DNA of 64,000 nt from a virus. The notes beneath the pieces are model-generated. The model was not told the DNA's origin, did not search any database, and was given only the letters and a program-made list of their open reading frames with translations. Made by a program: the position numbers and the translations under genes. Where the stretch lies: positions 3,751 to 67,750 of the IMG/VR virus record IMGVR_UViG_3300045282_000083; one strand, 5' to 3'. Numbering within the stretch: position 1 is the stretch's first letter; every line of letters begins with the position of its first letter. Below are positions 1 through 8,552 of the stretch, one piece after another.

Positions 1-49
1 TTTGTCGGCGGCAGAATATCTAACCAATAAACTGCCGGAATTGACGTAA
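1..49 (+). CDS. 3' end of a gene truncated by the window edge, possibly an endonuclease VII-type HNH protein
   Basis: Frame 2 reads LSAAEYLTNKLPELT-stop, resembling the LQAAIDYL C-terminus of the endo VII ORF at 20964. Only 15 codons are visible. Confidence 0.35.
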   Translation, partial: LSAAEYLTNKLPELT

Positions 50-73
50 CGTCAAGAAAGCACAGGTGCTACT

Positions 74-778
74 ATTGCCAAGCAAGAGGAACTCCCCTTT
101 CCAGTAGGGACCACTTATTTCGACGGCCAGACAGCAGACACTACCACTAATACTGCCGTCAATCTTGAGGGCAAGGAATACTACTGCGAAGACTTGTTCT
201 ACGTGCCGGCCACATTCTCGGCGACGAAGACTCTGCGCACGGCGTACCTTAAAAGGATTCGCGTCATGCGCAACGTCGCCACGGTCGGCTTAGCTGGCGG
301 ATTCCTTGTAGAACCGCAGCAAAGCGGAACGGATGGCCGATTCTACCTTGGTCGTATCAACGGATATTCTACAGTCGGCAATACCGGCGCCACGAACAAT
401 CCGTCCTATGGCCTGGATGAATTCCTGCCAGCTGCTGGCGTTGCCGTGAACGATCTGGCCTACGTTACTATCGAGGGGCCATTCCTTGGCAATGCATCGC
501 TGACCGCTGGCGAGGTTCTTGGCACCGGAAATAGCATTGCTGCGGCCACGCCAATCAGCGTGGGAGACTTGCTGATCGCCGCCACAGCCGCTGCCAGCAC
601 GTTCGCCACCACTCAAACATCCACGATGACTGGTGGGCGTATCGCCGGTTTCTCTCTTGGAACTACTGGCGTCACGCTTGGCCTGAACATCATCGCCCGC
701 ATTGGTCGTGCGTTGTCCAACCTGACGACCAATCAGACGACCGGCGTTCCTTTGTTGATGTACTTTACTCACCTGTAA
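74..778 (+). CDS. Virion structural protein (capsid decoration/cement-like), probable ATT start
   Basis: The frame is open from 50. AGGTG (SD-like, 64-68) precedes ATT at 74, giving AKQEELPFPVGTTYFDG. The protein is Thr/Gly/Ala-rich and lies where a post-capsid gene is expected. Confidence 0.6.
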   Translation: MAKQEELPFPVGTTYFDGQTADTTTNTAVNLEGKEYYCEDLFYVPATFSATKTLRTAYLKRIRVMRNVATVGLAGGFLVEPQQSGTDGRFYLGRINGYSTVGNTGATNNPSYGLDEFLPAAGVAVNDLAYVTIEGPFLGNASLTAGEVLGTGNSIAAATPISVGDLLIAATAAASTFATTQTSTMTGGRIAGFSLGTTGVTLGLNIIARIGRALSNLTTNQTTGVPLLMYFTHL

Positions 779-834
779 GCGATCTGGGGGAGTAGCCTGA
801 GAAGGGCGCCCCCTACTCCAACCCCGGAGAAGAT

Positions 835-1548
835 ATGGAAGAAGCTCGTTTTGAGATGCGCTACGGCACTCAGGATTCGGACGTTTTCAATGAGGTTGTC
901 GTTGCCAATCAATACAAACTGCCTGACAAAATCCCGTCCGACAAATTAATCATCGACGTGGGCGCCAACATTGGCTGCTTTGCTGTCGCTTGCCTTTTGC
1001 GAGGAGCAGAATCAGTTATCTGCTTCGAGCCGTGCCAAGACAACTTCACACAGTTGTCAAAAAATCTATCTCCGTGGGAAGGAAAGGTTGCCGCATTCAT
1101 GGCGGCAGTCTGGAGAAGTGACATAGAACAGGAAATTTCCATTTCTACTGTCAACGGCACAGCATCCTGCTCTTGCTTCCCCACTTCTCTCGTTAATCAC
1201 AACGAGTCCCGCGTCAACGCCATTGGCCTTGATGAAGTTATCTCTCAAGCCACGGAAGATGGACGGCGAATCGGCCTGCTCAAAATTGATGCAGAGTACA
1301 GCGAATATCCGATTCTATTCAGTTCCAAAAATCTTGGCTTGGTTGATGAAATCGTTGGTGAGACCCATGAGTGGGGACGTGACGGAATACATACCGATGG
1401 CTATTACAAGCACCCGGTATACAAAAATAACGCAGAGGAAGTTCATCGGTTTCTGCGCGACCAAGGCTTCGAAGTTACCTCCCAGCAAGAGAAGTACGAC
1501 AACCAAACAAACACCCTGTTCTTCGCCAAACGCCCGGAGCAAAAATGA
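835..1548 (+). CDS. FkbM-family SAM-dependent methyltransferase
   Basis: IIDVGANIG motif I, VICFEP and LLKIDAEYSE motifs. Confidence 0.9.
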   Translation: MEEARFEMRYGTQDSDVFNEVVVANQYKLPDKIPSDKLIIDVGANIGCFAVACLLRGAESVICFEPCQDNFTQLSKNLSPWEGKVAAFMAAVWRSDIEQEISISTVNGTASCSCFPTSLVNHNESRVNAIGLDEVISQATEDGRRIGLLKIDAEYSEYPILFSSKNLGLVDEIVGETHEWGRDGIHTDGYYKHPVYKNNAEEVHRFLRDQGFEVTSQQEKYDNQTNTLFFAKRPEQK

Positions 1549-2519
1549 CCCCAGCAAAACTTAATGTGTTCTTTGCCTTCTATCCGTACGGCGGCAACGG
1601 CTCCACTTCCAGTGAGCATCCCAACATCCGTAATTGGTTTGCCAAGACGGTACATCACTGCAAAAACGATTCCCGAATTGGCGAGTTAGTCACCAGGGAT
1701 TTCTCGGACACGCCAATCACCATGACTCGAAATCAGTCGGTACTGATGGCCAGGAAGCTTGGCGCAGACGTTATTGTCATGGTCGATAGCGACCAGCATC
1801 TTGATTTGTACACCGGCGTCGAAGAGGGCGCCAAGGACTTCTTCCCTAGTTCGTTCGACTTTCTCTATGAGAGGAAGCTTAAGGGTCTGGTCACGGCAAT
1901 TGGCGCGCCGTACTGTGGCCCTCCTCCGAGTGAATGCGTGTATATTTTCAAATGGTGCAATGAGGAAACTGGCCATCCGAATGTAGATCACAGGCTGTCT
2001 ATGTACAGCCGAGAAGAGGGTGCTGTATTGGCCGGCATTCAGCCAGCTGCTGCTCTGCCTACCGGATGTATAATGTTCGACATGGCGCTGTTTGACATTA
2101 CTGATCCGAAGAACGAATATCAGGCATTGCTTGCCAAATATGGCGAGCCAAAAATCGCTCGGGCGCTGACCAATCCGTGGTTTTATTACGAGTGGAAAGA
2201 TATCTACTGCGGCGAGAAGGTTTCCACTGAAGACGTAACCGTTAGCAGGGACATGGTTCTTTGCGCCTATGCCAAGCTTGGGTATAACTCGCTGTTCTGC
2301 AACTGGGACGCCTGGGCCGGGCACTGGAAGCCCAAATGCGTTGGCAAGCCGGTTCTGCTTACGTCAGAATCAATTAACGACAAATATCGCGAAGCTGCCT
2401 TCTCTGCCCGCAAGCCGGAGCATAAACTGCGCCTGCTTAAATCAGTCGATACCCATAAAGGCATTTTGCCTAGCAAAACCAACACCCCAGTAAACGACAC
2501 CATCCTGGAGCCTGTATGA
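1545..2519 (+). CDS. GT-A fold glycosyltransferase-like protein
   Basis: TRNQSV...DVIVMVDSD (DxD), PTGCIMFD, STEDV and AGHWK motifs; ATGA-coupled to the methyltransferase. Confidence 0.7.
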   Translation: MTPAKLNVFFAFYPYGGNGSTSSEHPNIRNWFAKTVHHCKNDSRIGELVTRDFSDTPITMTRNQSVLMARKLGADVIVMVDSDQHLDLYTGVEEGAKDFFPSSFDFLYERKLKGLVTAIGAPYCGPPPSECVYIFKWCNEETGHPNVDHRLSMYSREEGAVLAGIQPAAALPTGCIMFDMALFDITDPKNEYQALLAKYGEPKIARALTNPWFYYEWKDIYCGEKVSTEDVTVSRDMVLCAYAKLGYNSLFCNWDAWAGHWKPKCVGKPVLLTSESINDKYREAAFSARKPEHKLRLLKSVDTHKGILPSKTNTPVNDTILEPV

Positions 2520-2788
2520 TTTACATCAATCGCTCAACTGATTTGGAAAAAGATTCGTTTTGGGTCGCCGCAGAACTCAATGAAGAGACTAGGCGATGCC
2601 GGCAATTGTATCTAGGGAAAGACGTGAACGGCGCCATTGCCGCAGCGGTTGCAGCCGGCCTGCCCAAACAAGAAGCCATTAGTATGGCCGAAACTGCTAA
2701 GGCGCGCGAGCAAGTCGTCGATGATGTTCGCGCAGAACCAGATTTCTCATACAAGCCGGCCAAAGGTACGCATCCATTTGGCTATTAA
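2516..2788 (+). CDS. Hypothetical protein
   Basis: ATGA-coupled ORF with a GGAG SD. Confidence 0.6.
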   Translation: MIYINRSTDLEKDSFWVAAELNEETRRCRQLYLGKDVNGAIAAAVAAGLPKQEAISMAETAKAREQVVDDVRAEPDFSYKPAKGTHPFGY

Positions 2789-2797
2789 GGTATAACC

Positions 2798-3499
2798 ATG
2801 GCTCTTAGCACCGCCCTGTCTAACGCTCTAGACGCCTGCCTGCGTGGCACCGGCAACGCCGAAGAATTAATCTCGTCCGTCAACAACGCCAGCGGCAGCC
2901 TGGGCGGGGCTTTGACGGCCACGGCGGCAGAAATCAATGTACTGCATAGTGTGACTCCTGGAACAACCGCTGCGAATAGCGGCCTGGTGGTAGGCGCCGC
3001 CAAGCAGACTGATTCTTTGGCCGTAGCCAATTTGGTTTCAGGAACAACTACCACTCCGGGAGCGGCCACCCAAGCCATCACCACGATTGTCAAGAAGACG
3101 GCTATTGTTGACAATACGGCCACGTCGATCTTCACGGTGACGTGCCCCAACACCACCCAGACGGCGGTTGTCGAAATCATCCTTCTGGCTGCCGTCAACA
3201 ATGCCGGGGCTTTGGATTCTGCCAGAGTGGCTGTTGGCTACATTGTCTTTGACAGAGTGGCCGGGGCAGCATTAGTTGGCACGGCTGCCGCTCTCACAAA
3301 CACAGCCATCGCCACTTCTGGCACGGCAACTTTGACCGCAGCTTATAGCCTAGCTGCCGTAGCAGGAACGGTGACGCAGCCAAATACCATTGACATTCAA
3401 GTCACCCTGGTAAAGACGGGCGGCACCAATCATCAGGTTGTAGCCCTGGCAACCATTATCAATAGCGAAGCGACTGGCATGACCATCGCGGCTGTATAA
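2798..3499 (+). CDS. Virion structural protein (Thr/Ala-rich)
   Basis: Composition and position. Its N-terminal ALSNALDAC/GNAEEL elements also appear in the next ORF. Confidence 0.65.
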   Translation: MALSTALSNALDACLRGTGNAEELISSVNNASGSLGGALTATAAEINVLHSVTPGTTAANSGLVVGAAKQTDSLAVANLVSGTTTTPGAATQAITTIVKKTAIVDNTATSIFTVTCPNTTQTAVVEIILLAAVNNAGALDSARVAVGYIVFDRVAGAALVGTAAALTNTAIATSGTATLTAAYSLAAVAGTVTQPNTIDIQVTLVKTGGTNHQVVALATIINSEATGMTIAAV

Positions 3500-3508
3500 G
3501 GAGTTACC

Positions 3509-3820
3509 ATGGCCCGCACAATGTCCGATGCACTTAAGAACTCTTTGGACCACGCTGTGGGCACCGGGTTTACCGTCAAGCTGTTGGCACTTATTAATTC
3601 AACTCATACCGCTCTGGACGGCCAAACCAGGGATGCAGTTACCAAATTTCTAGATGGAATTGGCGAAATGACTGCCTTTGAGGCTGCTTGCGCTGCCAAT
3701 ACGGCTGCTGCAACATTCCGGAACAACTATGCCATTGTGAACCGACTGGAGCATGAACTCGGAGGCAGGGGTAATGCCGAAGAATTGGTTCTCTGCATAG
3801 CAGACGGCACTGTGACATAA
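3509..3820 (+). CDS. Probable virion protein
   Basis: AAGGAG SD; ALKNSLD and RGNAEEL motifs resemble the preceding gene. Confidence 0.6.
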   Translation: MARTMSDALKNSLDHAVGTGFTVKLLALINSTHTALDGQTRDAVTKFLDGIGEMTAFEAACAANTAAATFRNNYAIVNRLEHELGGRGNAEELVLCIADGTVT

Positions 3821-3828
3821 GGTGAAAT

Positions 3829-4248
3829 ATGGCTCTCGGCACAGCAGGAACGTCACGCTACTACGGACGGCATAAGTTCGTCAATCAAGAGCCTTTGGCT
3901 ATTGCGGCGGCTGGAGCCGATATCAACCACGCCAGCGGATCGGCAGCTGTGGTCACTTTGGTTCCGCCAACTAAAGATTCCGGAGCCGCTGCTGCCGCTC
4001 CAGGCATAGCCTTGGTTAGAATTGATCTTGGCTATCGCGTAGCTCCAACCGCAGGATCAATTCAGGCTTCTGACGGCACATTAACCTGGGGTCCGTTTAC
4101 CATTATTCTTGGCGGATTGCAATCAATCGTATTCGACCCTCCTTTGCTGTTCACTGCCGGAGCCACCGTAACCGTAACCATGGGCGACGGAGGCCAGGCC
4201 AAAGACCTGCTCGCATTGGGATACATCGCTGGCAACGCCACCGTGTGA
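3829..4248 (+). CDS. Probable virion protein (beta-rich)
   Basis: TAAGGTG SD; Ala/Thr/Gly-rich. Confidence 0.6.
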   Translation: MALGTAGTSRYYGRHKFVNQEPLAIAAAGADINHASGSAAVVTLVPPTKDSGAAAAAPGIALVRIDLGYRVAPTAGSIQASDGTLTWGPFTIILGGLQSIVFDPPLLFTAGATVTVTMGDGGQAKDLLALGYIAGNATV

Positions 4249-4256
4249 GGTAAATC

Positions 4257-4535
4257 ATGCCTAGCTCCAGTCTTATAGACGCCCTGATGGGCACCAGCAA
4301 CCAAGTGATCAACGGCACGAGCTTTAACCCGTACCAGCAATCGGCGCTCAATGCGCTGGTGCCGCGTGGCGGCAGACCGAACGTCGGCGCCGCTCCGGCA
4401 GGTGCCGCAGTAGACCCTGGCTTGCCGCCTCCTCGACAGCTTTCCCCAGTGGAATTGCTACTCCAAGATCAGGAAAGGCGCCAGGTAGGCAGCTTCGCCC
4501 CAGGATATCAGCCGCCAGGCCAACCTCCGAGGTGA
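4257..4535 (+). CDS. Hypothetical Pro/Gln-rich protein
   Basis: GAGGT SD; co-oriented ORF. Confidence 0.55.
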   Translation: MPSSSLIDALMGTSNQVINGTSFNPYQQSALNALVPRGGRPNVGAAPAGAAVDPGLPPPRQLSPVELLLQDQERRQVGSFAPGYQPPGQPPR

Positions 4536-4538
4536 ACG

Positions 4539-4844
4539 ATGACTTTTGCAGCCGCTTTGCAACCGTATCTGACCAGGCAAGACGTTGTTTCCAGCATCGA
4601 TCCTGCCCATAAGGGCGATTTGGCGAAACTACAAGATTTGCTGGCTCAGAAAAATTCTCTGCGCCGTCGAATAGCGTTGCGTCTTTTGGAACATAGGGCC
4701 AGTCTTTGGGTTATTGACAACCTGACAGAGATTCCATGGGCCAATAGAAAGACATTCCAAATTGATTGGTCTGCCATACCGTGGCAGGAAATCATTATGG
4801 CGCTATTGAAAGTTCTTTTGATGCTGATGCCGTTCATTCTGTGA
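4539..4844 (+). CDS. Hypothetical protein with hydrophobic C-terminal helix
   Basis: GAGGTG SD; ends IIMALLKVLLMLMPFIL. Confidence 0.6.
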   Translation: MTFAAALQPYLTRQDVVSSIDPAHKGDLAKLQDLLAQKNSLRRRIALRLLEHRASLWVIDNLTEIPWANRKTFQIDWSAIPWQEIIMALLKVLLMLMPFIL

Positions 4845-4851
4845 GATTGCT

Positions 4852-5043
4852 ATGCCAGCAGAATCACAAGCCCAGCGGGCCTACCTGAATGCCAAGTTCG
4901 GGCACGATTGGGTCCGGCAACATCATTTTGACAATGCTGGCAAGCTGCCCGAACACGTTAAGAAGCCAGGGAAAAAGAAAATGTCGGCTAAGTCTCTGGC
5001 CCAGGCCGCAATGAAAAAGGCTGGAAAGGGGTTGCGAGTATGA
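4852..5043 (+). CDS. Small basic protein 1 (C-terminal MKKAGKGLRV)
   Basis: 63 aa, Lys-rich; first of four coupled ORFs. Confidence 0.7.
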   Translation: MPAESQAQRAYLNAKFGHDWVRQHHFDNAGKLPEHVKKPGKKKMSAKSLAQAAMKKAGKGLRV

Positions 5044-5195
5044 AGTGGGGCTCCAATTTAGACGCTAACGTAACTCACGACCAAGATAAGGGCGACCCAC
5101 GCTGGGCCAAGAATCCCAAGGGGAGAAAGAAAAAGTCATCGGCCAAGAAAGCCAAAGACACCATGGCCAAAATTGGGAAAGGACTACGGGCGTGA
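5040..5195 (+). CDS. Small basic protein 2 (C-terminal MAKIGKGLRA), not in the ORF track
   Basis: Manual translation gives MKWGSNLDANV...MAKIGKGLRA (51 aa); ATGA overlap with ORF 1. Confidence 0.7.
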   Translation: MKWGSNLDANVTHDQDKGDPRWAKNPKGRKKKSSAKKAKDTMAKIGKGLRA

Positions 5196-5437
5196 ACAAG
5201 CGCAAGAAACAAGGCAAGAGTGACGCGCAGAGGTGCGACGAGTGGGGCAATAGCGGCCCTCGCCATGTTGCTCCGGAGGAGCGACTCATTGGCACGCAGC
5301 ACGTTGTGCCTGAGCATAAAATTAGCCAGGCCAGTCCACAGAAGGTTGTTAAGCCAAAGGACGGCAACGAGAAGGCCCTGAAGAAAGCCATGAAAGACCA
5401 CCTGGCTAAGATGAACCGTGGGTTGAAGACTTATTAA
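5192..5437 (+). CDS. Small basic protein 3 (C-terminal LAKMNRGLKTY)
   Basis: GTGA overlap with ORF 2. Confidence 0.7.
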   Translation: MNKRKKQGKSDAQRCDEWGNSGPRHVAPEERLIGTQHVVPEHKISQASPQKVVKPKDGNEKALKKAMKDHLAKMNRGLKTY

Positions 5438-5594
5438 ACCGTACAAGATCAAAGTCCCGAAAGAGCATGACGTTCAATCCGAGGACGTTGGGTATAAGGT
5501 GCGCGAGCCAAGGAAGGCCAAGCCCGTCCAGAAGATCAAGTCCGCTGCCAAGGTGAACATGGACAAGATTGGTAAGGGACTCAAAGCGTATTGA
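5433..5594 (+). CDS. Small basic protein 4 (C-terminal MDKIGKGLKAY), probable ATT start, not in the ORF track
   Basis: Manual translation gives KPYKIKVPKEHD...MDKIGKGLKAY; ATT overlaps the previous TAA (ATTAA). Confidence 0.6.
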   Translation: MKPYKIKVPKEHDVQSEDVGYKVREPRKAKPVQKIKSAAKVNMDKIGKGLKAY

Positions 5595-5611
5595 AAGTTC
5601 TGTCCGGGGTG

Positions 5612-5654
5612 ACTTAGCCGGGGAGGGGAGACCCTGTGATCCGGCTAGGTTTTT
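5612..5654 (+). terminator. Intrinsic terminator/attenuator before the terminase genes
   Basis: ACTTAGCCGG...CCGGCTAGGT stem followed by a short T tract. Confidence 0.55.
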
Positions 5655-5659
5655 GAACT

Positions 5660-6046
5660 ATGAGCGACCGACCTACAAGAACTCAGCTGATCATAGCCCG
5701 CACGCTAAAGAAGGCAGAGTTCCCCGACCTCAAAGCAATCCTTTGCCAGGTCGTGAAGAGGATGGGCGGACCCAAGGGCATAGCCAAGATTATGCTCCAG
5801 GAGTTCGAGACAGCCAAGCCTGGCTCAATGCAAAGAGCCATGCTTTTGCAAATGGTCATGCAGGGCGCCAAGTCGGTCAGTGCCAAGGAGAATGCCAGAG
5901 ATATAGGTCTCATCTCGGACGACGATCTTGAAACCGAGATGCTTCGGTTAATCGGAAAGCTACATGGACCCACGTCTGGAACAGATTCTGGCGGAGAGCC
6001 AGCAGCGAACGGGGATAAAGCCCAAGAAGCGGCGTCGGATCAATAA
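5660..6046 (+). CDS. Putative terminase small subunit
   Basis: Small helical protein directly upstream of and overlapping terL; ISDDDLE motif near the C-terminus. Confidence 0.5.
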   Translation: MSDRPTRTQLIIARTLKKAEFPDLKAILCQVVKRMGGPKGIAKIMLQEFETAKPGSMQRAMLLQMVMQGAKSVSAKENARDIGLISDDDLETEMLRLIGKLHGPTSGTDSGGEPAANGDKAQEAASDQ

Positions 6047-7652
6047 CGCCCCGTCCGCAGACGAGATAGCCGACTTGCAAGAGATGGCTATCGAGCAGTT
6101 GAAGCGAAAGATTGACGGGCTGAAGTTATACCAGCCCATGCCAAAGCAGCTGGATTTCCATGAATCGCAAGCCAAAGAGCGTCTCATCCGAGGGGCAAAC
6201 CGTTCCGGCAAAACTACAGCCGCCGCCGTGGAAGTGGCGCGAGCTATTACTGGGAAGGACCCCAGGTATCCCCAAGAAGGCATCGCGTACATAGTGGGAA
6301 AAGACGGCAAGGAAATGGCCAATGTGATGTACAAGCTATTGTTCCGCGCGGGGGCGTATAAGATCATCAGGGACGCAAAGACTGGCGAATGGCGCGCCTG
6401 GAACCCCTCCAACGTCGAGGACTTTCTTAGGAAGAAAGAAACCAAGTTGGCGCCCCCTCTGGTCCCTCCAAGGTACATCAAGAACACAGTTTGGGACAAG
6501 AAGGGCGCGGAGCATCCGGAACTCATCAGGCTGCATAATGGATGGGATGTACATTGCTTCTCGTCCAACTCGCTGCCGCCGCACGGTACGCAGATCGACC
6601 TGGTGTGGTTCGATGAGGAAATCTTAAACCAATCGTGGTACACCGAAATGGCTGCCCGATTGGTGGACAGGGAAGGGTTCTTTGTGTGGTCAGCCACTCC
6701 ACAGGCTGGAACCATAGGTCTGTACGAGTTGCACGAGCGGGCAGAGAAGGAGGCCGCGCTTCTTCCAAAGGATAAAAGGCGTATAGAGGAGTTTGTCGTC
6801 ACCCTAGCGGAGAACTATCACCTCACGGACGAACAGAAGGCGTTGTTTGAAAGCAAGCTGTCGGCCGACGAGATTATGGTCCGCGTCCATGGCGAGTTCG
6901 CGGCCCAGGGATTCAGAGTGTTTCCAGAGATGAGCAAAACGTCTCACCTCTGCAAATACTTTCCGATCCCAGGAGATTGGACCACTTACGTAGCGATTGA
7001 CCCCGGTAGACAAACGTGCGCCGCATTGTTTGTCGCCATACCCCCGAACGGAGAATACGCTTATGCGTTCGACGAACTCTATCTGCACCAGTGCTCAGCT
7101 GAACTCTTTGGGCGAGAAATGGCCAGAAAGTGCAAAGGACGGGCAGTTCAAGCGTTTATCATCGACCATCAGGAAGGCCGGAAAGTTGAAGCGGGTTCGG
7201 GCCGTACGATTGAAGAACAATACAGTGACGCCCTTGACAGGCACCGAGTCGCATGCGCCAGAACCGGCACGGGCTTCACGAACGCGGCGGCGGAACCCCG
7301 TGCGGGCGTCGAAGCGGTGAGAGAATGGCTTCGTCCCAGAGAACAGCAGGGGCCTAGGCTTCGCATACTGGAGGATACGTGCCCATGGTTTCTCTGGGAA
7401 ATGACTCGGTATTGGTTTGAACGCACCAAGGATGGCATCACAGACAAACCCCGTGAAAGAGGTCCTGTACATCTGTGCGCATGCATACGGTACATAGTCC
7501 AGGACCGGCCGACGTATATTCCTCCAGAGGAAAAGAAGCCCCGCCCAAGTATGGCTTATCAGTTCGCAAAGAAGCTGATGAAGTCAGAAGACAAGGGCAG
7601 GGCTCTTAATCTCGGACCAGGCACCCTGACAATTGGAGTAGGATTGCAATGA
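5964..7652 (+). CDS. terL: Terminase large subunit
   Basis: Q motif (PMPKQLDFH), Walker A GANRSGKT, Walker B LVWFDEE, SATP coupling motif and RNase H-like VAIDPG. Confidence 0.93.
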   Translation: MDPRLEQILAESQQRTGIKPKKRRRINNAPSADEIADLQEMAIEQLKRKIDGLKLYQPMPKQLDFHESQAKERLIRGANRSGKTTAAAVEVARAITGKDPRYPQEGIAYIVGKDGKEMANVMYKLLFRAGAYKIIRDAKTGEWRAWNPSNVEDFLRKKETKLAPPLVPPRYIKNTVWDKKGAEHPELIRLHNGWDVHCFSSNSLPPHGTQIDLVWFDEEILNQSWYTEMAARLVDREGFFVWSATPQAGTIGLYELHERAEKEAALLPKDKRRIEEFVVTLAENYHLTDEQKALFESKLSADEIMVRVHGEFAAQGFRVFPEMSKTSHLCKYFPIPGDWTTYVAIDPGRQTCAALFVAIPPNGEYAYAFDELYLHQCSAELFGREMARKCKGRAVQAFIIDHQEGRKVEAGSGRTIEEQYSDALDRHRVACARTGTGFTNAAAEPRAGVEAVREWLRPREQQGPRLRILEDTCPWFLWEMTRYWFERTKDGITDKPRERGPVHLCACIRYIVQDRPTYIPPEEKKPRPSMAYQFAKKLMKSEDKGRALNLGPGTLTIGVGLQ

Positions 7653-8122
7653 TCTTTGACCCATTTGCCGACCTCAACCGCACCGTCCGCGAGCGCTGCG
7701 AAAACGGCTACACTATAGTCGATCTCAGCCAGACCTGCCACGAAGTATACCGGGCCATTCTCGGCGACGGCGCCATGATCCGGAATGTTCCTTGGAGCGC
7801 CCTTCCCGAGGGAGACCAGGAGCGCTGGGAACCCGTAGCACGCATGGCGATGTGCCTCTTTGACCTGCGAGAGGAAGGCTCTGAGATTACCATCTCTGTC
7901 GCCGAAACGGCCAAGAACTTCTATAAGCAGTTCACGGCAATGTCGGACGCTACTGACTACACCAAGCTGCCGGAAATTCACCACATTGCCTGGCAAGCCA
8001 TCGTGCGCCACCTGGGCAACATTGTTGATTCAGACGGCAAGATTGACCTGTCTGAAACTGAGCAACGTATTGTCGAGTGGGCGCGAGCCAAAGTAGGCTC
8101 TACGCAACTCGTTCTTTCTTAA
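7649..8122 (+). CDS. Hypothetical protein
   Basis: ATGA-coupled; two WSALP/YTKLP...W helical units. Confidence 0.65.
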   Translation: MIFDPFADLNRTVRERCENGYTIVDLSQTCHEVYRAILGDGAMIRNVPWSALPEGDQERWEPVARMAMCLFDLREEGSEITISVAETAKNFYKQFTAMSDATDYTKLPEIHHIAWQAIVRHLGNIVDSDGKIDLSETEQRIVEWARAKVGSTQLVLS

Positions 8123-8135
8123 CCTCGGAGGGATT

Positions 8136-8411
8136 ATGTCCACCGCAGTTGCCACTAAACCTGAAGTCAAATCGGAAGTCAAGATGCCGGTCGTCCGTCG
8201 TGGCGACGTGGTTATCTGGTACGAAGGCGGAGTAAGGAACGAAGAGCGTTCGGCTCCAGCCATGGTGCTAAAGGTTCAGCACAACAGCCTGTCTCTCAGG
8301 GTGTTTGGTCTGGAGAACGATCTGCGCTTTGACTGTGTCAAGCATATGGATGATCCTTATGCCAGGGAATACGAACGGGCGACCGAAGGCGGTTGGGACG
8401 TGAGGAAATAA
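8136..8411 (+). CDS. Hypothetical protein (SH3-like RRGDVVIW start)
   Basis: GGAGG SD. Confidence 0.65.
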   Translation: MSTAVATKPEVKSEVKMPVVRRGDVVIWYEGGVRNEERSAPAMVLKVQHNSLSLRVFGLENDLRFDCVKHMDDPYAREYERATEGGWDVRK

Positions 8412-8552
8412 ATGGACAAGAAACGCAGACGCCATGTGATTTGTGACATTCCACAAGGCGTTAAAGTGCTCAAGGCTTCAGAGACTACTCCCAAGGACGC
8501 CGTAGAGGCCAATAAGCTTCTCCGCAAATCTCTTGGTCTGCCGGAGAAATAA
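8412..8552 (+). CDS. Small hypothetical protein, not in the ORF track
   Basis: 46-aa ORF exactly filling the gap, TAATG-coupled to the portal. Confidence 0.5.
   Translation: MDKKRRRHVICDIPQGVKVLKASETTPKDAVEANKLLRKSLGLPEK

Noticed and set aside
5569-5931. 120-aa ORF
   Set aside because: Crosses a terminator and overlaps two better-supported ORFs.
5964-7652. Intein or intron in terL
   Set aside because: Length and motif spacing are normal, with no splice-junction motifs.
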